From Candidatus Moanibacter sp. (GTDB lineage Bacteria > Verrucomicrobiota > Verrucomicrobiia > Opitutales > UBA2987): a stretch of 64,000 bases of DNA. The translations under genes and the position numbers were made by a program. This document shows positions 10,462-21,900 of the stretch, piece after piece (the stretch's first letter is position 1; each line of letters begins with the position of its first letter). Below the pieces are notes generated by a model. It saw nothing but the letters and a program-made list of their open reading frames with translations, was not told the origin of the DNA and ran no database searches. The stretch lies in the NCBI GenBank assembly GCA_965215885.1, contig CBDCEW010000075.1:13582-77581 (forward strand), given 5' to 3'.

Positions 10462-11832
10462 CTAGGAACCTCCTAGTTCGTTAAGAATCCTCTCGGAGAC
10501 CACGATCCCTTTTTCAAACACGCCGAGATGAAAACTCTCGTTTGGTGCATGCAGACTGTCATCAGGGGTGGAAAGCCCAATCATAAGAGAATCCAGTCCG
10601 ATCATACTCTTGAGGTCAGCAATGATCGGAATGCTTCCACCTTCTCGGAGATACAAGGGCTCTTTGCCGAAAGTCTCATCGATTGCTGAATAGGCTGCCT
10701 TGAAAGCCCTGGCCAAATTCGGCGGTAGATCATCGGTTGTATTCCCTTTTTCAGGCGGCACCACAAGATATGGGGCGCCACAATGCCCTTCGATGATTTC
10801 CATCGAGACTTTTGGTGAGCACCGTTCTCGAATAGTTTTAATGACAAGCTTCGCAATCTCAACGGGATCCTGATTCGGCACCAGCCGACAACTGATTTTT
10901 GCGAACGCCTTACTGGGAATCACTGTCTTGGTGCCTGCTCCCGTGTATCCGCCGCCGATACCGTTGAACTCCAGGGTCGGGCCAAACCTGATCGCCTGAA
11001 AGGGTGAAATTCCGGACGCGGTGTGAAACGTTTCGATGCCGAGAAAATCCGCGTAGTCGGCTTCGCTCCCATCCATCTTCGTGAGTTCCGCCCGCTCCCA
11101 TTCCGAGAATTCAACAATGTCGTCGTAAAAGCCGGGCACATTGATACTTCCATCCGCATTGTGCAAACTCGAACAGACTTCAGTAAGGGCCTGGATCGGG
11201 TTGAGTAGCACTCCACCGTGGCTTCCAGAGTGAAGGTCCACTTTAGGTCCCGTCACTATCGCTTCCAGGCAAACGACACCTCGCAATCCGGTTGTTATGA
11301 CAATCTGATCCGCGCTTGGGCTACCGGTGTCTGAGAGCATTACGAAATCTCCCCGCAAACGGTCTCCGTAGGACTCGAGAAATTCGGAAAAACTGGGACT
11401 GCCGATCTCCTCTTCTCCTTCGATAAGGAAGGTGATGCGCAGAGGAAAATCAGGATTCTCCTCGAATAGTCTACTCGCCGCCGCTACGTGGACGAGGAGC
11501 GGTCCCTTGTTGTCGGCAGCGCCTCGCCCGAAGATTCTGTCGCCTCGAATCTCCGCCTCAAATGGCCGAGATATCCATTTCTCAAGGGGGTCAGGAGGCT
11601 GCACATCATAGTGACCATAGATGACAACGTGAGGCCAATTCGAATCGCCTCCGCGTTCAGCGAGTATCACCGGGTGCAGCGGAGTATGGCACTCCTCCAC
11701 CGAAAAACCGGTCTCGCGCAGCAAATCAGAGATGAATACTCTCGCACCTGTCATCCCATCCCGATACGCGGGATCCGTCGAAACACTGGCAAAACTGACG
11801 TATTTCTTTAGCGCTTCGACCGGGTCAAACAT
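10462..11832 (-). CDS. M20-family dipeptidase
   Basis: YGHYDVQP, GRGAADNKG, EGEEEIGS, GGSIP, HAPNE. Confidence 0.95.
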   Translation of the reverse strand: MFDPVEALKKYVSFASVSTDPAYRDGMTGARVFISDLLRETGFSVEECHTPLHPVILAERGGDSNWPHVVIYGHYDVQPPDPLEKWISRPFEAEIRGDRIFGRGAADNKGPLLVHVAAASRLFEENPDFPLRITFLIEGEEEIGSPSFSEFLESYGDRLRGDFVMLSDTGSPSADQIVITTGLRGVVCLEAIVTGPKVDLHSGSHGGVLLNPIQALTEVCSSLHNADGSINVPGFYDDIVEFSEWERAELTKMDGSEADYADFLGIETFHTASGISPFQAIRFGPTLEFNGIGGGYTGAGTKTVIPSKAFAKISCRLVPNQDPVEIAKLVIKTIRERCSPKVSMEIIEGHCGAPYLVVPPEKGNTTDDLPPNLARAFKAAYSAIDETFGKEPLYLREGGSIPIIADLKSMIGLDSLMIGLSTPDDSLHAPNESFHLGVFEKGIVVSERILNELGGS

Positions 11833-11835
11833 TGG

Positions 11836-12681
11836 CTACTCGATCACAATGATACCGCTCTCCGTCGAATACCCTCCCCCTTTAACAATATTGTACTCGG
11901 CGACCGCTTCAGGCATGATATCACGCAAATGGGACACACGGCTTCCATGTGATGGATGAGTCGAGAGAAATTCGGGAGGCGCGGATGTTTGACTTTCTGA
12001 AGCCATGCGTTCCCACAGCCCATAGGCCGCTTCGGGATTATACCCAGAGCGGGCGGCATACATCAGCCCAATGTAATCCGCTTCAGTCTCCATCTTTCGA
12101 TTGAAGCCCAACCCACCCAGAGAACTTCCCAGTCCATAGGCATCCAATATCACGGAACGTGCGATAGACGTCGTCCCCATGGTAGCGACGCCCAATCCAA
12201 CTCCCATTCCTTGTACCATCATCTGCTTGGAGAGCCGCTCGTTTACGTGCTTGGCCGACACGTGGGCAATTTCATGGCCTATGACAATGGCCAGATCATC
12301 CTCTGTCTTGACAACCTTGAAAATACCCGTGAAAACGCCCACCTTTCCACCCGCCATGGCGAAAGCGTTTAAGGAACCCGGATCTTCAAACACTACAAAT
12401 TCCCATTGCGGGTTCAGGATATCATGGCTGGCAACATCCGCCACTCGCTCCCCAACTCTCCTCACCATATCGATATATTTTCGATTCCGAGTTTGGGGGT
12501 ATTGGGCTTTCAGCAGGTTAAACTGTTCCACGCTCATTTCCACCACTGCCTCGTCCGATACAAGATTTATACCGGATCGTCCCGTAACCGGAACCGAGTA
12601 ACAGCCTGCCAACAGTAACAACATCACTCCCAACCCCGTTCCTCTACTGTAAATCGTTATTATTTTCATGACTGGTCGCAA
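11836..12681 (-). CDS. M48-family metallopeptidase lipoprotein
   Basis: LAGC lipobox, NAFAMAGG, HEIAH, ETEAD, STHP. Confidence 0.93.
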   Translation of the reverse strand: MRPVMKIITIYSRGTGLGVMLLLLAGCYSVPVTGRSGINLVSDEAVVEMSVEQFNLLKAQYPQTRNRKYIDMVRRVGERVADVASHDILNPQWEFVVFEDPGSLNAFAMAGGKVGVFTGIFKVVKTEDDLAIVIGHEIAHVSAKHVNERLSKQMMVQGMGVGLGVATMGTTSIARSVILDAYGLGSSLGGLGFNRKMETEADYIGLMYAARSGYNPEAAYGLWERMASESQTSAPPEFLSTHPSHGSRVSHLRDIMPEAVAEYNIVKGGGYSTESGIIVIE

Positions 12682-12775
12682 ATCGTTCGATCACGCGATA
12701 CTAACGGGCGAATTAAAGGTGTCAATTGGCTATTAAGAGCAATAGAACACTTCTCTTATTGCTTTTGTTTCACAA

Positions 12776-14347
12776 CTAATGGCGAAAGTGTCTGATTCCG
12801 GAAAAAATCATCGCCATATCATGGGCATTTGCCGCCTCAATAATCGCTTTGTCGCGTTGCGCACCTCCAGGTTGAATCATGGCGGTGGCGCCGGCTTCCG
12901 CGGCGACCAGGAGCGCGTCCGGAAACGGAATGAGTCCGTCTGAGGCAGCCACCGATCCCTCAAGGGAAATACCCGCCTGACCTGCTTTCCACACCGCTAT
13001 CTCGGAACTATCAACCCGAGACATCTGCCCCGCCCCGATACCTGCGGTCCGCTCTCCCTTGACCAGCACCACGGCATTGGATTTCACGTGCTTGACAACT
13101 CTCCAACCGAAGAGGAGGGAGTTCCATTCTTTGTCGGAGGGCTCGCGCTCGGATACCACGCGGAAAGCTGAAGGATCGTCGTTAGACAGATCACGGTCCT
13201 GCCGCAGAACCCCTCCCGCAATGGAACGAACCTCCTGCTCCCCTTCAAAAGCACCCCGACCCTTCGAAATAAGGAGTCGCAGATTTCTTTTCTTCCCAAA
13301 AATCTCTCGCGCTCCATCGGTGAACTGCGGTGCTATGATTATTTCCAGCCAGATCTGGCTGATATCTAAAGCGAGATCGCGATCAATGGTACGATTGACC
13401 ACTACGACTCCCCCAAAGGGCGCCTTTTGATCAGTGGCGCAGGCGTCTTCCCAAGCGTCAACCAGGTCAGCGGCACTCGCGGTTCCACAGGGGTTCCCAT
13501 GTTTTATTATCGCCACCGTGGGTCTATCGAATTCGCCCATGAGATCAGCGGCCGCCGATATATCCAGAATATTATTATATCCGAGCTCCTTTCCCTGTAG
13601 CTGTTCGAAACGCTCGAAAAAACCTCCATATAACGCCGCTTTCTGCTGGGGATTCTCTCCGTAACGGAGCGCCATCTCCCTTTCCAGATCGAGGTTAAGG
13701 GAATCAGCGTGATCGACGCCCTCAACCAAAACGGTTCCTCTCTCCTCATTTTGAAAATAGGTCGCAATTGCGGCATCATAGGCGGTGGTTCTTCGGAAGA
13801 CTTTTATCGCGAGCTGGCGCCTCAACCGTGTAATGTCGGTGCTTCCCTTCAATGCTTCCAGGACACGGCCATAATCGGCCGGTTCACACACCACTGTTAC
13901 ATGGGAATGATTCTTCGCTGCACATCGCAAGAGGGCAACTCCGCCGATATCGATTTGCTCGATCGCTTCTGTCTCTGCTACTCCGGGTCTCGCCACGGTG
14001 TCTTCAAAGGGGTAAAGATTGACCACAATCAGATCAATCAATCCGATCCCAGCTCTCTGGGCTTCCCTGAGATCTCCCTCCACATCCCGCCGGCAAAGCA
14101 CACCACCGTGAATCTTTGGATGGAGCGTCTTCACTCTCCCCTCCATCATCTCGGGAAATCCCGTGTAGTCACTCACGTCCGTCACCACAAATCCACTCTC
14201 GCGCAGCGTCCTGGCCGTCCCCCCGGTGGAGAGCAACCGGTAGCCAAACTGTTCCACCAGGACCTTCGCCAGCGGCACTAATCCCTCTTTGTCGTAAACC
14301 GATAAGAGGGCCAATCGCTCCTCGTTTTCATGTCTCTCGGCACTCAT
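12776..14347 (-). CDS. purH: AICAR transformylase / IMP cyclohydrolase
   Basis: GRVKTLHP, IDIGG, YGENPQQ, GAGQMSRVDS, RHFRH. Confidence 0.97.
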   Translation of the reverse strand: MSAERHENEERLALLSVYDKEGLVPLAKVLVEQFGYRLLSTGGTARTLRESGFVVTDVSDYTGFPEMMEGRVKTLHPKIHGGVLCRRDVEGDLREAQRAGIGLIDLIVVNLYPFEDTVARPGVAETEAIEQIDIGGVALLRCAAKNHSHVTVVCEPADYGRVLEALKGSTDITRLRRQLAIKVFRRTTAYDAAIATYFQNEERGTVLVEGVDHADSLNLDLEREMALRYGENPQQKAALYGGFFERFEQLQGKELGYNNILDISAAADLMGEFDRPTVAIIKHGNPCGTASAADLVDAWEDACATDQKAPFGGVVVVNRTIDRDLALDISQIWLEIIIAPQFTDGAREIFGKKRNLRLLISKGRGAFEGEQEVRSIAGGVLRQDRDLSNDDPSAFRVVSEREPSDKEWNSLLFGWRVVKHVKSNAVVLVKGERTAGIGAGQMSRVDSSEIAVWKAGQAGISLEGSVAASDGLIPFPDALLVAAEAGATAMIQPGGAQRDKAIIEAANAHDMAMIFSGIRHFRH

Positions 14348-14426
14348 TCCCCGTCAAACCCGATTTTCAAAATCGCCTTTACGCAGTTGACTTCTCGCAT
14401 AACATATCAGGTAAACTCTTGGACCA

Positions 14427-15221
14427 ATGTTAAGTCCACTTCACGTTGAACCCTTGAAGATTGCCGATCGAGAATTTCACTCGCGTCTTCTAGTTGGTAC
14501 GGGAAAGTTTCCTTCCAGCGAATTGATGCGAGAGGCTCTTGCGGCTTGCGGAACTGAGCTTGTCACGGTGGCGCTAAAGCGGGCAAGCCTTTCCGGCAAG
14601 AAAGATCCGTTTGCCGATATTCTGGACTTTCTCGAATCCGATCGATACCTCATTCTTCCCAACACGGCAGGGGCGATGAATGCGGATGAGGCGGTACGAA
14701 TCGCCCGTCTGGCGGAAGCTGCCGGACTCCCAAAGTGGATTAAACTCGAGATTCACCCTGACCCAAACTATCTCCTCCCCGATCCTATCGAGACTCTTAA
14801 TGCGGCCGAGACGCTTGTCAGGGAAGACTTCATCGTGCTTCCCTATATCAATGCCGATCCTGTCCTGGCAGCACGGCTTCAAGATGTCGGTTGCGCCACC
14901 GTCATGCCGCTGGGTTCCCCTATCGGGAGCAGCCGAGGACTGAAAAATCGCGCACAAATCGAAATTATCATCGAGCAGGCGAGAGTTCCTGTCGTCGTGG
15001 ATGCGGGATTGGGAGCGCCATCTCACGCCGCCGAAGCCATGGAGATGGGAGCTGATGCGGTTTTGGTAAATACCGCCATTGCGGTCGCTTCGGATCCCGT
15101 TCAGATGGCCCAGGCCTTTTCCGTCGCCGTGCAGGCGGGTTGGGTATCCCGGCGGATCAGCCGGACGGAATTGCCAACAAGTGCGGAAGCAACGAGTCCT
15201 CTTACCGCATTCCTGGACTGA
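14427..15221 (+). CDS. thiG: Thiazole synthase
   Basis: [33 protein letters not shown]. Confidence 0.97.
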   Translation: MLSPLHVEPLKIADREFHSRLLVGTGKFPSSELMREALAACGTELVTVALKRASLSGKKDPFADILDFLESDRYLILPNTAGAMNADEAVRIARLAEAAGLPKWIKLEIHPDPNYLLPDPIETLNAAETLVREDFIVLPYINADPVLAARLQDVGCATVMPLGSPIGSSRGLKNRAQIEIIIEQARVPVVVDAGLGAPSHAAEAMEMGADAVLVNTAIAVASDPVQMAQAFSVAVQAGWVSRRISRTELPTSAEATSPLTAFLD

Positions 15222-15228
15222 TCGTTTC

Positions 15229-16386
15229 ATGAGCGTTTTTTCAAAGAAATTTCCAAAAATCCCGATTGAAGCCCTCCTTCAACAGTCCCACGATACCACG
15301 GATCGAACTCTTAAGCCGATCCTGGGGAAAGGTCGAGCGGAATCGCTAGCGGAGTTTGCCGCCCTGATATCTCCCCACGCTCTCACCCACCTGGAGACCC
15401 TCGCCGTTCACTCGCAGCATCTCACCCAGCTGCACTTCGGTAAAGTGATCCGGCTCTTCGCACCGATTTATCTCTCCAACGAGTGTATCAATATCTGCCG
15501 GTATTGCGGATTTTCGAGAGATAATGCTATACCTCGAATAACAATTCCCATCGAACAGGTATTGAAGGAAGCAAAGATGATGGCCGCGCAGGGATTTCGC
15601 TCCCTCCTCATTGTAGCCGGTGAACACCCCAAGTATGTCTCAAACGGGTATGTCGAGGAATGTATCCGCTCTTGTCTCCCTATTATGCCCAGCATCATGA
15701 TTGAATTGGGCCCTATGGAAGCCGAAGCCTACATACCTCTTGTTGAAGGTGGCTGCGAAGGCATCGTTGTCTACCAGGAATCCTACCACAAGCCGACCTA
15801 TAAAGAGATGCACCCGGCTGGGCCAAAAAAGAAATATTCGTGGCGTCTGGATACGCTTGAACGGGCCTATCAGGCCGGCTTTCGCCGGCTCGGGTTAGGC
15901 GCGCTCCTCGGTCTTTATGACTGGCGCTATGAGGCCCTCGCCACCGCCGCACACGCCAGGCATCTCCTCAAGCGTTGCTGGAAAGCGCAACTCTCCATCA
16001 GTATCCCACGCCTGCGACCGGCCGCCGGCGGTTTCAATCCCGACAGTCGTTTCGCCTTGTCCGACCGCGAGTTCGTCCAATATGTCTGCGCCTTGAGGAT
16101 GTATCTGCCTCACGCTGCACTCGTCCTTTCAACCCGCGAATCGCCCGGATTTCGGGACGGACTCGTCAAAATCGGAATCACGAACATGAGTGCGGGTTCA
16201 AGCACGGAACCAGGCGGTTACAGTCACTTCGACGAAACCACCTGGACGAACAACGCGGAACAACCGGGCGAGCAGTTCCACATCGCCGATGATCGACCTC
16301 CCCGCGTCATCGCGGAAATGATTCGCAGCCGGGGATATGAGGCGGTGTGGAAAGATTTTGACCAGGCTCTCGCTATACCAGACTAA
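15229..16386 (+). CDS. thiH: 2-iminoacetate synthase (radical SAM)
   Basis: YLSNECINICRYCGF, YQESY, LSTRES, SAGSSTEPGGY; start at ATG 15229 after the thiG stop. Confidence 0.95.
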   Translation: MSVFSKKFPKIPIEALLQQSHDTTDRTLKPILGKGRAESLAEFAALISPHALTHLETLAVHSQHLTQLHFGKVIRLFAPIYLSNECINICRYCGFSRDNAIPRITIPIEQVLKEAKMMAAQGFRSLLIVAGEHPKYVSNGYVEECIRSCLPIMPSIMIELGPMEAEAYIPLVEGGCEGIVVYQESYHKPTYKEMHPAGPKKKYSWRLDTLERAYQAGFRRLGLGALLGLYDWRYEALATAAHARHLLKRCWKAQLSISIPRLRPAAGGFNPDSRFALSDREFVQYVCALRMYLPHAALVLSTRESPGFRDGLVKIGITNMSAGSSTEPGGYSHFDETTWTNNAEQPGEQFHIADDRPPRVIAEMIRSRGYEAVWKDFDQALAIPD

Positions 16387-16608
16387 ATGATGGGTGATAA
16401 CGTATCCATCAATATTACGGCAAATGGGGAGACCTTCAAGGTCGTGCCAAATGCCGGTTTGAAGGAGTTTCTCGAATCCCTCGGCTTCGATCTCAAAGGA
16501 GTTGTAGTCGAGCGCAACCGAAATCCGCTCACGCCGGCTGAAGCCCGAAAGACCACACTTGAAGATGGCGATAACCTTGAGATCGTACGGGTCGTAGCGG
16601 GAGGGTGA
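16387..16608 (+). CDS. thiS: Sulfur carrier protein
   Basis: 73 aa, VVVERN, C-terminal VAGG. Confidence 0.95.
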   Translation: MMGDNVSINITANGETFKVVPNAGLKEFLESLGFDLKGVVVERNRNPLTPAEARKTTLEDGDNLEIVRVVAGG

Positions 16609-17963
16609 ACTTCATAGACCTGAACCGAGATGGGGGGATTGGAGCAAACTCTCTCTACCTTGAGATCGGTCCCTTTCGCATTGTTATCGATGCCGGAATG
16701 CATCCAAAATATTGCGGTCATCGTTCCATTCCCGAATACCGCTTGATAGAGGATAACAGCGTCGATTTCGTTATTCTTACGCACTGTCACCTGGATCATT
16801 TGGGTTCCCTTCCAATCCTCATGCGCCGTCAGCCCCGGGCACGGATATTCTCGAGTGTTCCATCGAAGACTCTTGCCGGCCGCATGCTCCTAAACTCATG
16901 TAACGTAATGAAAAAGCAGCGGGAGGAACTCGGTGTTACCGAACTCCCTCTCTATGTGCCAGGAGAAGTGCGCGCCCTGGAGGCGAAGTTCTCCACCTTC
17001 TCCTTTCAACGTCCTAGAGTATTCCGATCGGGTAAGGAAGAGATCGAGGTCACTTTTTTTTCCGCCGGACATGTGGCGGGTGCGGCCGGCGTCCGGCTCA
17101 ACTATAAGCACAGAAAGATATTTATTACAGGGGATGTTCTCTTCGAACGACAAAAGACTCTGCCTGGTGCAAACTTCCCTGATGAAAAGATGGATACTCT
17201 CGTCACCGAGACAACGCGTGGGATCACGGAACGGCTTCCTAACGCCTCCCGAAAGGAGGAGGTCGTGAGGCTTATCCTCACAATCGACCAGGTTATTGCG
17301 CGAGGAGGTACCGTCCTCATTCCCATCTTCGCCTTGGGTCGCATGCAGGAAGTACTGAGCATCGTCGATGAGGCACGAAAGAGGGGCCGGCTACGAAGGT
17401 GCCCGATATTCTGCAGCGGATTGGGGGTGGATCTCGCCCAAATTTTCGATTCCATTTCGCGAAAAACCGGCCTCGTCAAATTTCGCAAAAAAGTGCTCAC
17501 GGATTTGAAAGTGCGCTCCCTCCCACGAAACTTCTCGCCGGAAAGCTTCCTTCCGGATCGTGGCCTTTTTATCCTTGGCAGCGGTATGATGGTCGAAGGC
17601 ACACCCTCTTACTTCCTGGCATCCAGAATCATCGATAGTAATCGGAATTTAATCTGCTTCGTCGGCTACTGCGACCCCGACACGCCGGGCGGAAAACTGC
17701 TCTCCACCAAACACGGTGATCGCTTCAACTTCGAAACAATGGATTACTCCGCTCCCGTCTACGCACGTATAGAGAAATTTGACCTGAGTGGACATGCCGA
17801 CCGCTCCGAACTCCTCCAATTTGCCCAAAGGTGCGACCCCCGCGCAGTCGTTCTCACCCACGGAGACACGAAGGCACGCGAATGGTTTGCCGATGCCCTT
17901 TCCGATCTCGCCGGAAAAATCAGGATTCTTGACGCTACACCACTCGAAACATACCATGTTTGA
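16605..17963 (+). CDS. Metallo-beta-lactamase / beta-CASP ribonuclease
   Basis: [30 protein letters not shown]. Confidence 0.9.
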   Translation: MNFIDLNRDGGIGANSLYLEIGPFRIVIDAGMHPKYCGHRSIPEYRLIEDNSVDFVILTHCHLDHLGSLPILMRRQPRARIFSSVPSKTLAGRMLLNSCNVMKKQREELGVTELPLYVPGEVRALEAKFSTFSFQRPRVFRSGKEEIEVTFFSAGHVAGAAGVRLNYKHRKIFITGDVLFERQKTLPGANFPDEKMDTLVTETTRGITERLPNASRKEEVVRLILTIDQVIARGGTVLIPIFALGRMQEVLSIVDEARKRGRLRRCPIFCSGLGVDLAQIFDSISRKTGLVKFRKKVLTDLKVRSLPRNFSPESFLPDRGLFILGSGMMVEGTPSYFLASRIIDSNRNLICFVGYCDPDTPGGKLLSTKHGDRFNFETMDYSAPVYARIEKFDLSGHADRSELLQFAQRCDPRAVVLTHGDTKAREWFADALSDLAGKIRILDATPLETYHV

Positions 17964-18843
17964 TGAATCCACGAAGGTCTTACTTGATACCGATATCGGA
18001 AGCGACATCGATGATGCCGTCTGCCTGGCTTACCTCCTGGCTAATCCTCGCTGTGATCTGGTTGGAATCACCACCGTTACCGGAGAACCCGAGAAACGGG
18101 CCGCGCTGGCCAGCGCAATCTGCCAGGTTGCGAAGCAGGATATTCCAATTTACCCCGGCTCGAAAAATCCTCTGATCGTTGAACAGCGGCAAACGATCGC
18201 CAGACAGGCGGCGAAGCTGAAAAATTGGAAGCACCAGGAGAGCTTTCCAAAAGCCGCGGCGATCTCCTTTATGCGAGATACGATCCGCAATCAACCGGGT
18301 GAGATTCTTCTCCTTCCCGTCGGTCCCCTAACCAATGTTGCGCTCTTATTTGCCATCGACCCGGAAATTCCCCGGTTGCTCAAAGGTCTTGTCACGATGT
18401 GCGGAAAATTCACCGATTATCCCTCGCCCTGGGGACAGACGGAATGGAATGCAATCGTCGACCCCCATGCCACCGCCATCGTGTTTCGCAGCCGCCCCCC
18501 TTTTCATCGATCGGTCGGCCTGGACGTGACCCTCCAGGTCAAGATGTCCTCAGACGAAGTAAGAGAGAGATTTTCCGATGTTCCGATCCTTGAGCCGGTT
18601 TACGATTTTTCTAAAGTCTGGTTTGAAGAGCGCGAGCTTCTCTATTTTCATGATCCTTTGGCGGCGGCGTCACTCTTTAGCAATTCCATCTGCCAGTTTG
18701 AGTCGGGTTCGGTAACCATTGATCTGAAAAATGAGTCCACGTTAGGTCAAACCTTATACTCTCCAGGATCTGGACCCCATGAGGTTGCGTTGCAAGTAGA
18801 CGCGGAAGCCTTCTTCCAGGAGTACTTTTCCGTCTTCGACTGA
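17956..18843 (+). CDS. IU-family nucleoside hydrolase
   Basis: [24 protein letters not shown]. Confidence 0.93.
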   Translation: MFDESTKVLLDTDIGSDIDDAVCLAYLLANPRCDLVGITTVTGEPEKRAALASAICQVAKQDIPIYPGSKNPLIVEQRQTIARQAAKLKNWKHQESFPKAAAISFMRDTIRNQPGEILLLPVGPLTNVALLFAIDPEIPRLLKGLVTMCGKFTDYPSPWGQTEWNAIVDPHATAIVFRSRPPFHRSVGLDVTLQVKMSSDEVRERFSDVPILEPVYDFSKVWFEERELLYFHDPLAAASLFSNSICQFESGSVTIDLKNESTLGQTLYSPGSGPHEVALQVDAEAFFQEYFSVFD

Positions 18844-18930
18844 CTACTCGAATACGTTCCTACTCGGATTACGCTTACGATCACGCATCTCGATTGTCGG
18901 TCCTCTCTGCAACTGAACACCGACTCCCCA

Positions 18931-21900
18931 TCAAGAGACCAATTTCCGCACTTCCTGCAGTGCCACTGACACCGTGGCAAAGTCGAGCGGACCTATCGAT
19001 TTCATATCATTGATGATTCGTTCGAGACGGCTTACACGATTGCTCTTCCTTCTCAACCATTCCTCCACAGCGTGGGAGGGAGAAGCTTCTCTCTTTGCTC
19101 CTATCATCTCAGTGGTCAGTAACCGATGCACAAGAAAGAGATTTTCACGCAACGTACCTCTCGCCGCCGCCTGCCAGCGCCCACTGACTGTAAGTCCCTC
19201 AATCTGTTCGCCGATCCAGTTTAGCGACAGCTTGTCCCCAGCCATGAAATAGATGGCGGCGACATGCTTCACAGCCCTGCGGGTATCCTTTGCTACCTCT
19301 ACAATATCGAGAACCGCATACATGAAGCTTAAACCGGCCACCCGTTGCGCGAGTTTCCTCGATACACCGCTCTCGACAAGACCTCTGATAGCTTCCTTGT
19401 ATTGCCCCGGTTTCGGCAGAAAGGTGGAAAGTTTTTCCATTATCATAGCTACACCGGGCTGAAATAGAGCAACAGCTGATGCGATATCGTTGTAGCGTGC
19501 CGGTCTCTGCAACAACCAACGCGTCACGTGCTTGAGGCTTCGGCTCGTCTGATACATCATCGAATACTGGACATCAGCCGGAACCTTATGGTCGAGTGCT
19601 TCGATAGATTTCCACACCTCGCGCATCTTAAAGGCATCCCGTGCGATGGTGTAGGCACGCGCTACACTTGCAGGCTCGGCATCGTTCTCCTCCCTCATCC
19701 GAAAAATGAAAGTCGGCCCCATTCGGTGCACCATGCTCGATGTCACGTGAAGCGATATGATTTCTCGATAGAGTGGGTGCCTGCCCATCAGCCTGCCGAA
19801 CTTCCTTCTTAGAAGATCAGGGAAATAGAGCTGCAACTCTCCGGAAAAATAGGGGTCTTCCGGAACATCTGAAGCCACCAGGGCACTGTAAAATGTCCTC
19901 TTCCCGTAGGCCAAAAGCACGGCAAGTTCCGGTCGTGTGAAGCTTTTTCCGGTTCGAATACGATCTGAGATTTCCTCATCGCGCGGAAGAAATTCCAATT
20001 CTCGATCGAGCTCGCCCCTTTGTTCCAAGAGCCGAATAAGATGGGCGTACTCGCTGATTCTATCGGAGGACTGCGACGCCATCATACTGATTGCCTGACT
20101 TTGACGGTAGTTGTCCAGAAGCACCAGCGAAGTGACCGTATCGGTCATATTGCGTAAAAGCCTGCGTCGGTTCTTTTCTGACAGAAGCCCCTCCAGCCGG
20201 GCAATATTCAGCAATATCTTAATGTTCACTTCGCGGTCCGAGCAATCGACACCCCCGGAATTGTCGATAAAGTCTGTGTTGATCAGACCCCCGCAAAATG
20301 CGTATTCGACCCTGGACAATTGCGTAAACCCGAGATTGCCGCCTTCGCCTACGATGCCACAGCGTAATTCCTCACCGTTCACGCGGACCTCATCATTGGC
20401 GCGATCCCCGACATCCGAATGAGACTCCTGCTTCGCCTTGAAGTAAGTGCCAATCCCACCATTCCATAGGAGGTCGACCGGCATACGCAATATGGCCCGA
20501 ATCAATTCCTGAGGAGTAAACGCGTCCGCTTCGACCTCCAGCATTGCTTTTGCTTCGGGACTGAGTCGGATCTGTTTTTCCGATCGCGAGTATACTTCCC
20601 CTCCTTTCGATAGTAGACCCCTGTCGTAGTCTTCCCATGTAGAACCCGTCTTGTTGAAAAGGCGTTCGCGTTCCGCAAAGCTCATTTCCGGATCCGCATC
20701 CGGATCCAGAAATATGTGCATGTGATTAAAGGCGGCCTGCAGCTTTATGAAGCGTGACTGCAGCATCCCGTTTCCAAACACGTCTCCCGACATGTCTCCG
20801 ATTCCTGCCACCGCAAATTCCGTGGTTTGAATGTCGATGCCCCGATCCCGAAAAAGCCGCTTCACCGATTCCCAGGCGCCTTTAGCGGTGATTCCCATCT
20901 TCTTATGATCGTACCCCACTGAACCCCCCGAGGCGAAGCCATCACCAAGCCAAAATCCATATTCCTGCGATAAGGCGTTGGCGATGTCGGAAAATGTTGC
21001 CGTACCCTTGTCCGCCGCAACCACCAGATAGGGATCATCTTCGTCATGTCTTACTACCATCCGGGGAGGCACCACTTTTCCATTTACAAGGTTATCCGTG
21101 AGATCGAGCAGGCCACGGATGAAATTGCGGTAACAAGCCACAACTTCATCCATCATTTCCTGCTTATCTACCGATTGCGGTGGGCGCTTTACGACAAATC
21201 CTCCTTTGGCTCCCACCGGTACAATAATGGTATTCTTCACCATCTGCGCCTTGACCAAACCGAGAACCTCGGTGCGAAAATCCTCTCTGCGGTCAGACCA
21301 GCGCAATCCTCCTCGCGCTACTCTTCCGCCTCTCAGATGGACGCCTTCCACCCGCGGAGAGTAAACGAAAATCTCAAACATTGGCAGGGGCAGAGGCATA
21401 TCCGGAATCCTCGAAGGTTCCAGCTTGAGTGAGAGATACGGTTTTTCACGACCATTCGAATCGCGCTGAAAATAGTTAGTGCGCAAGCACGCGTTTATCA
21501 TGTTGTGAAAGCCGCGAAGTATACGGTCTTCATCGAGACTGGCCACTGCATCGAGCGCCTTCAGGATTGCCGCATTGCACTTCTCGACGTCTCCTTTTCG
21601 CCTCTTTATGCTCCTTCCAAGTGCGAATCGCGCTTCGAATAGTTCTACCATCAACTGAGCGATCCGTGCGTTCCTGTTGAGCGTAGCCTCCATGTAGCTC
21701 TGGCTGAAAGGTACCCTGATCTGCAACAGGTATTTGCAGCAGGCACGTAGAAGCGCGGTCTGACGCCAACTTAGTCGCGCCGCTAACACTAGTCTGTTAA
21801 AACCGTCGTTTTCAGCCTCTCCGCGCCACGACCGTCGAAAGGCTTCTTTAAAAAGGGATTCCACCTCTCCAGGATCCACTTGACCGTCTGCCCCGTAGGC

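Noticed and set aside
14348..14426. TPP riboswitch before thiG
   Set aside because: Only 79 bp available and no CTGAGA core motif
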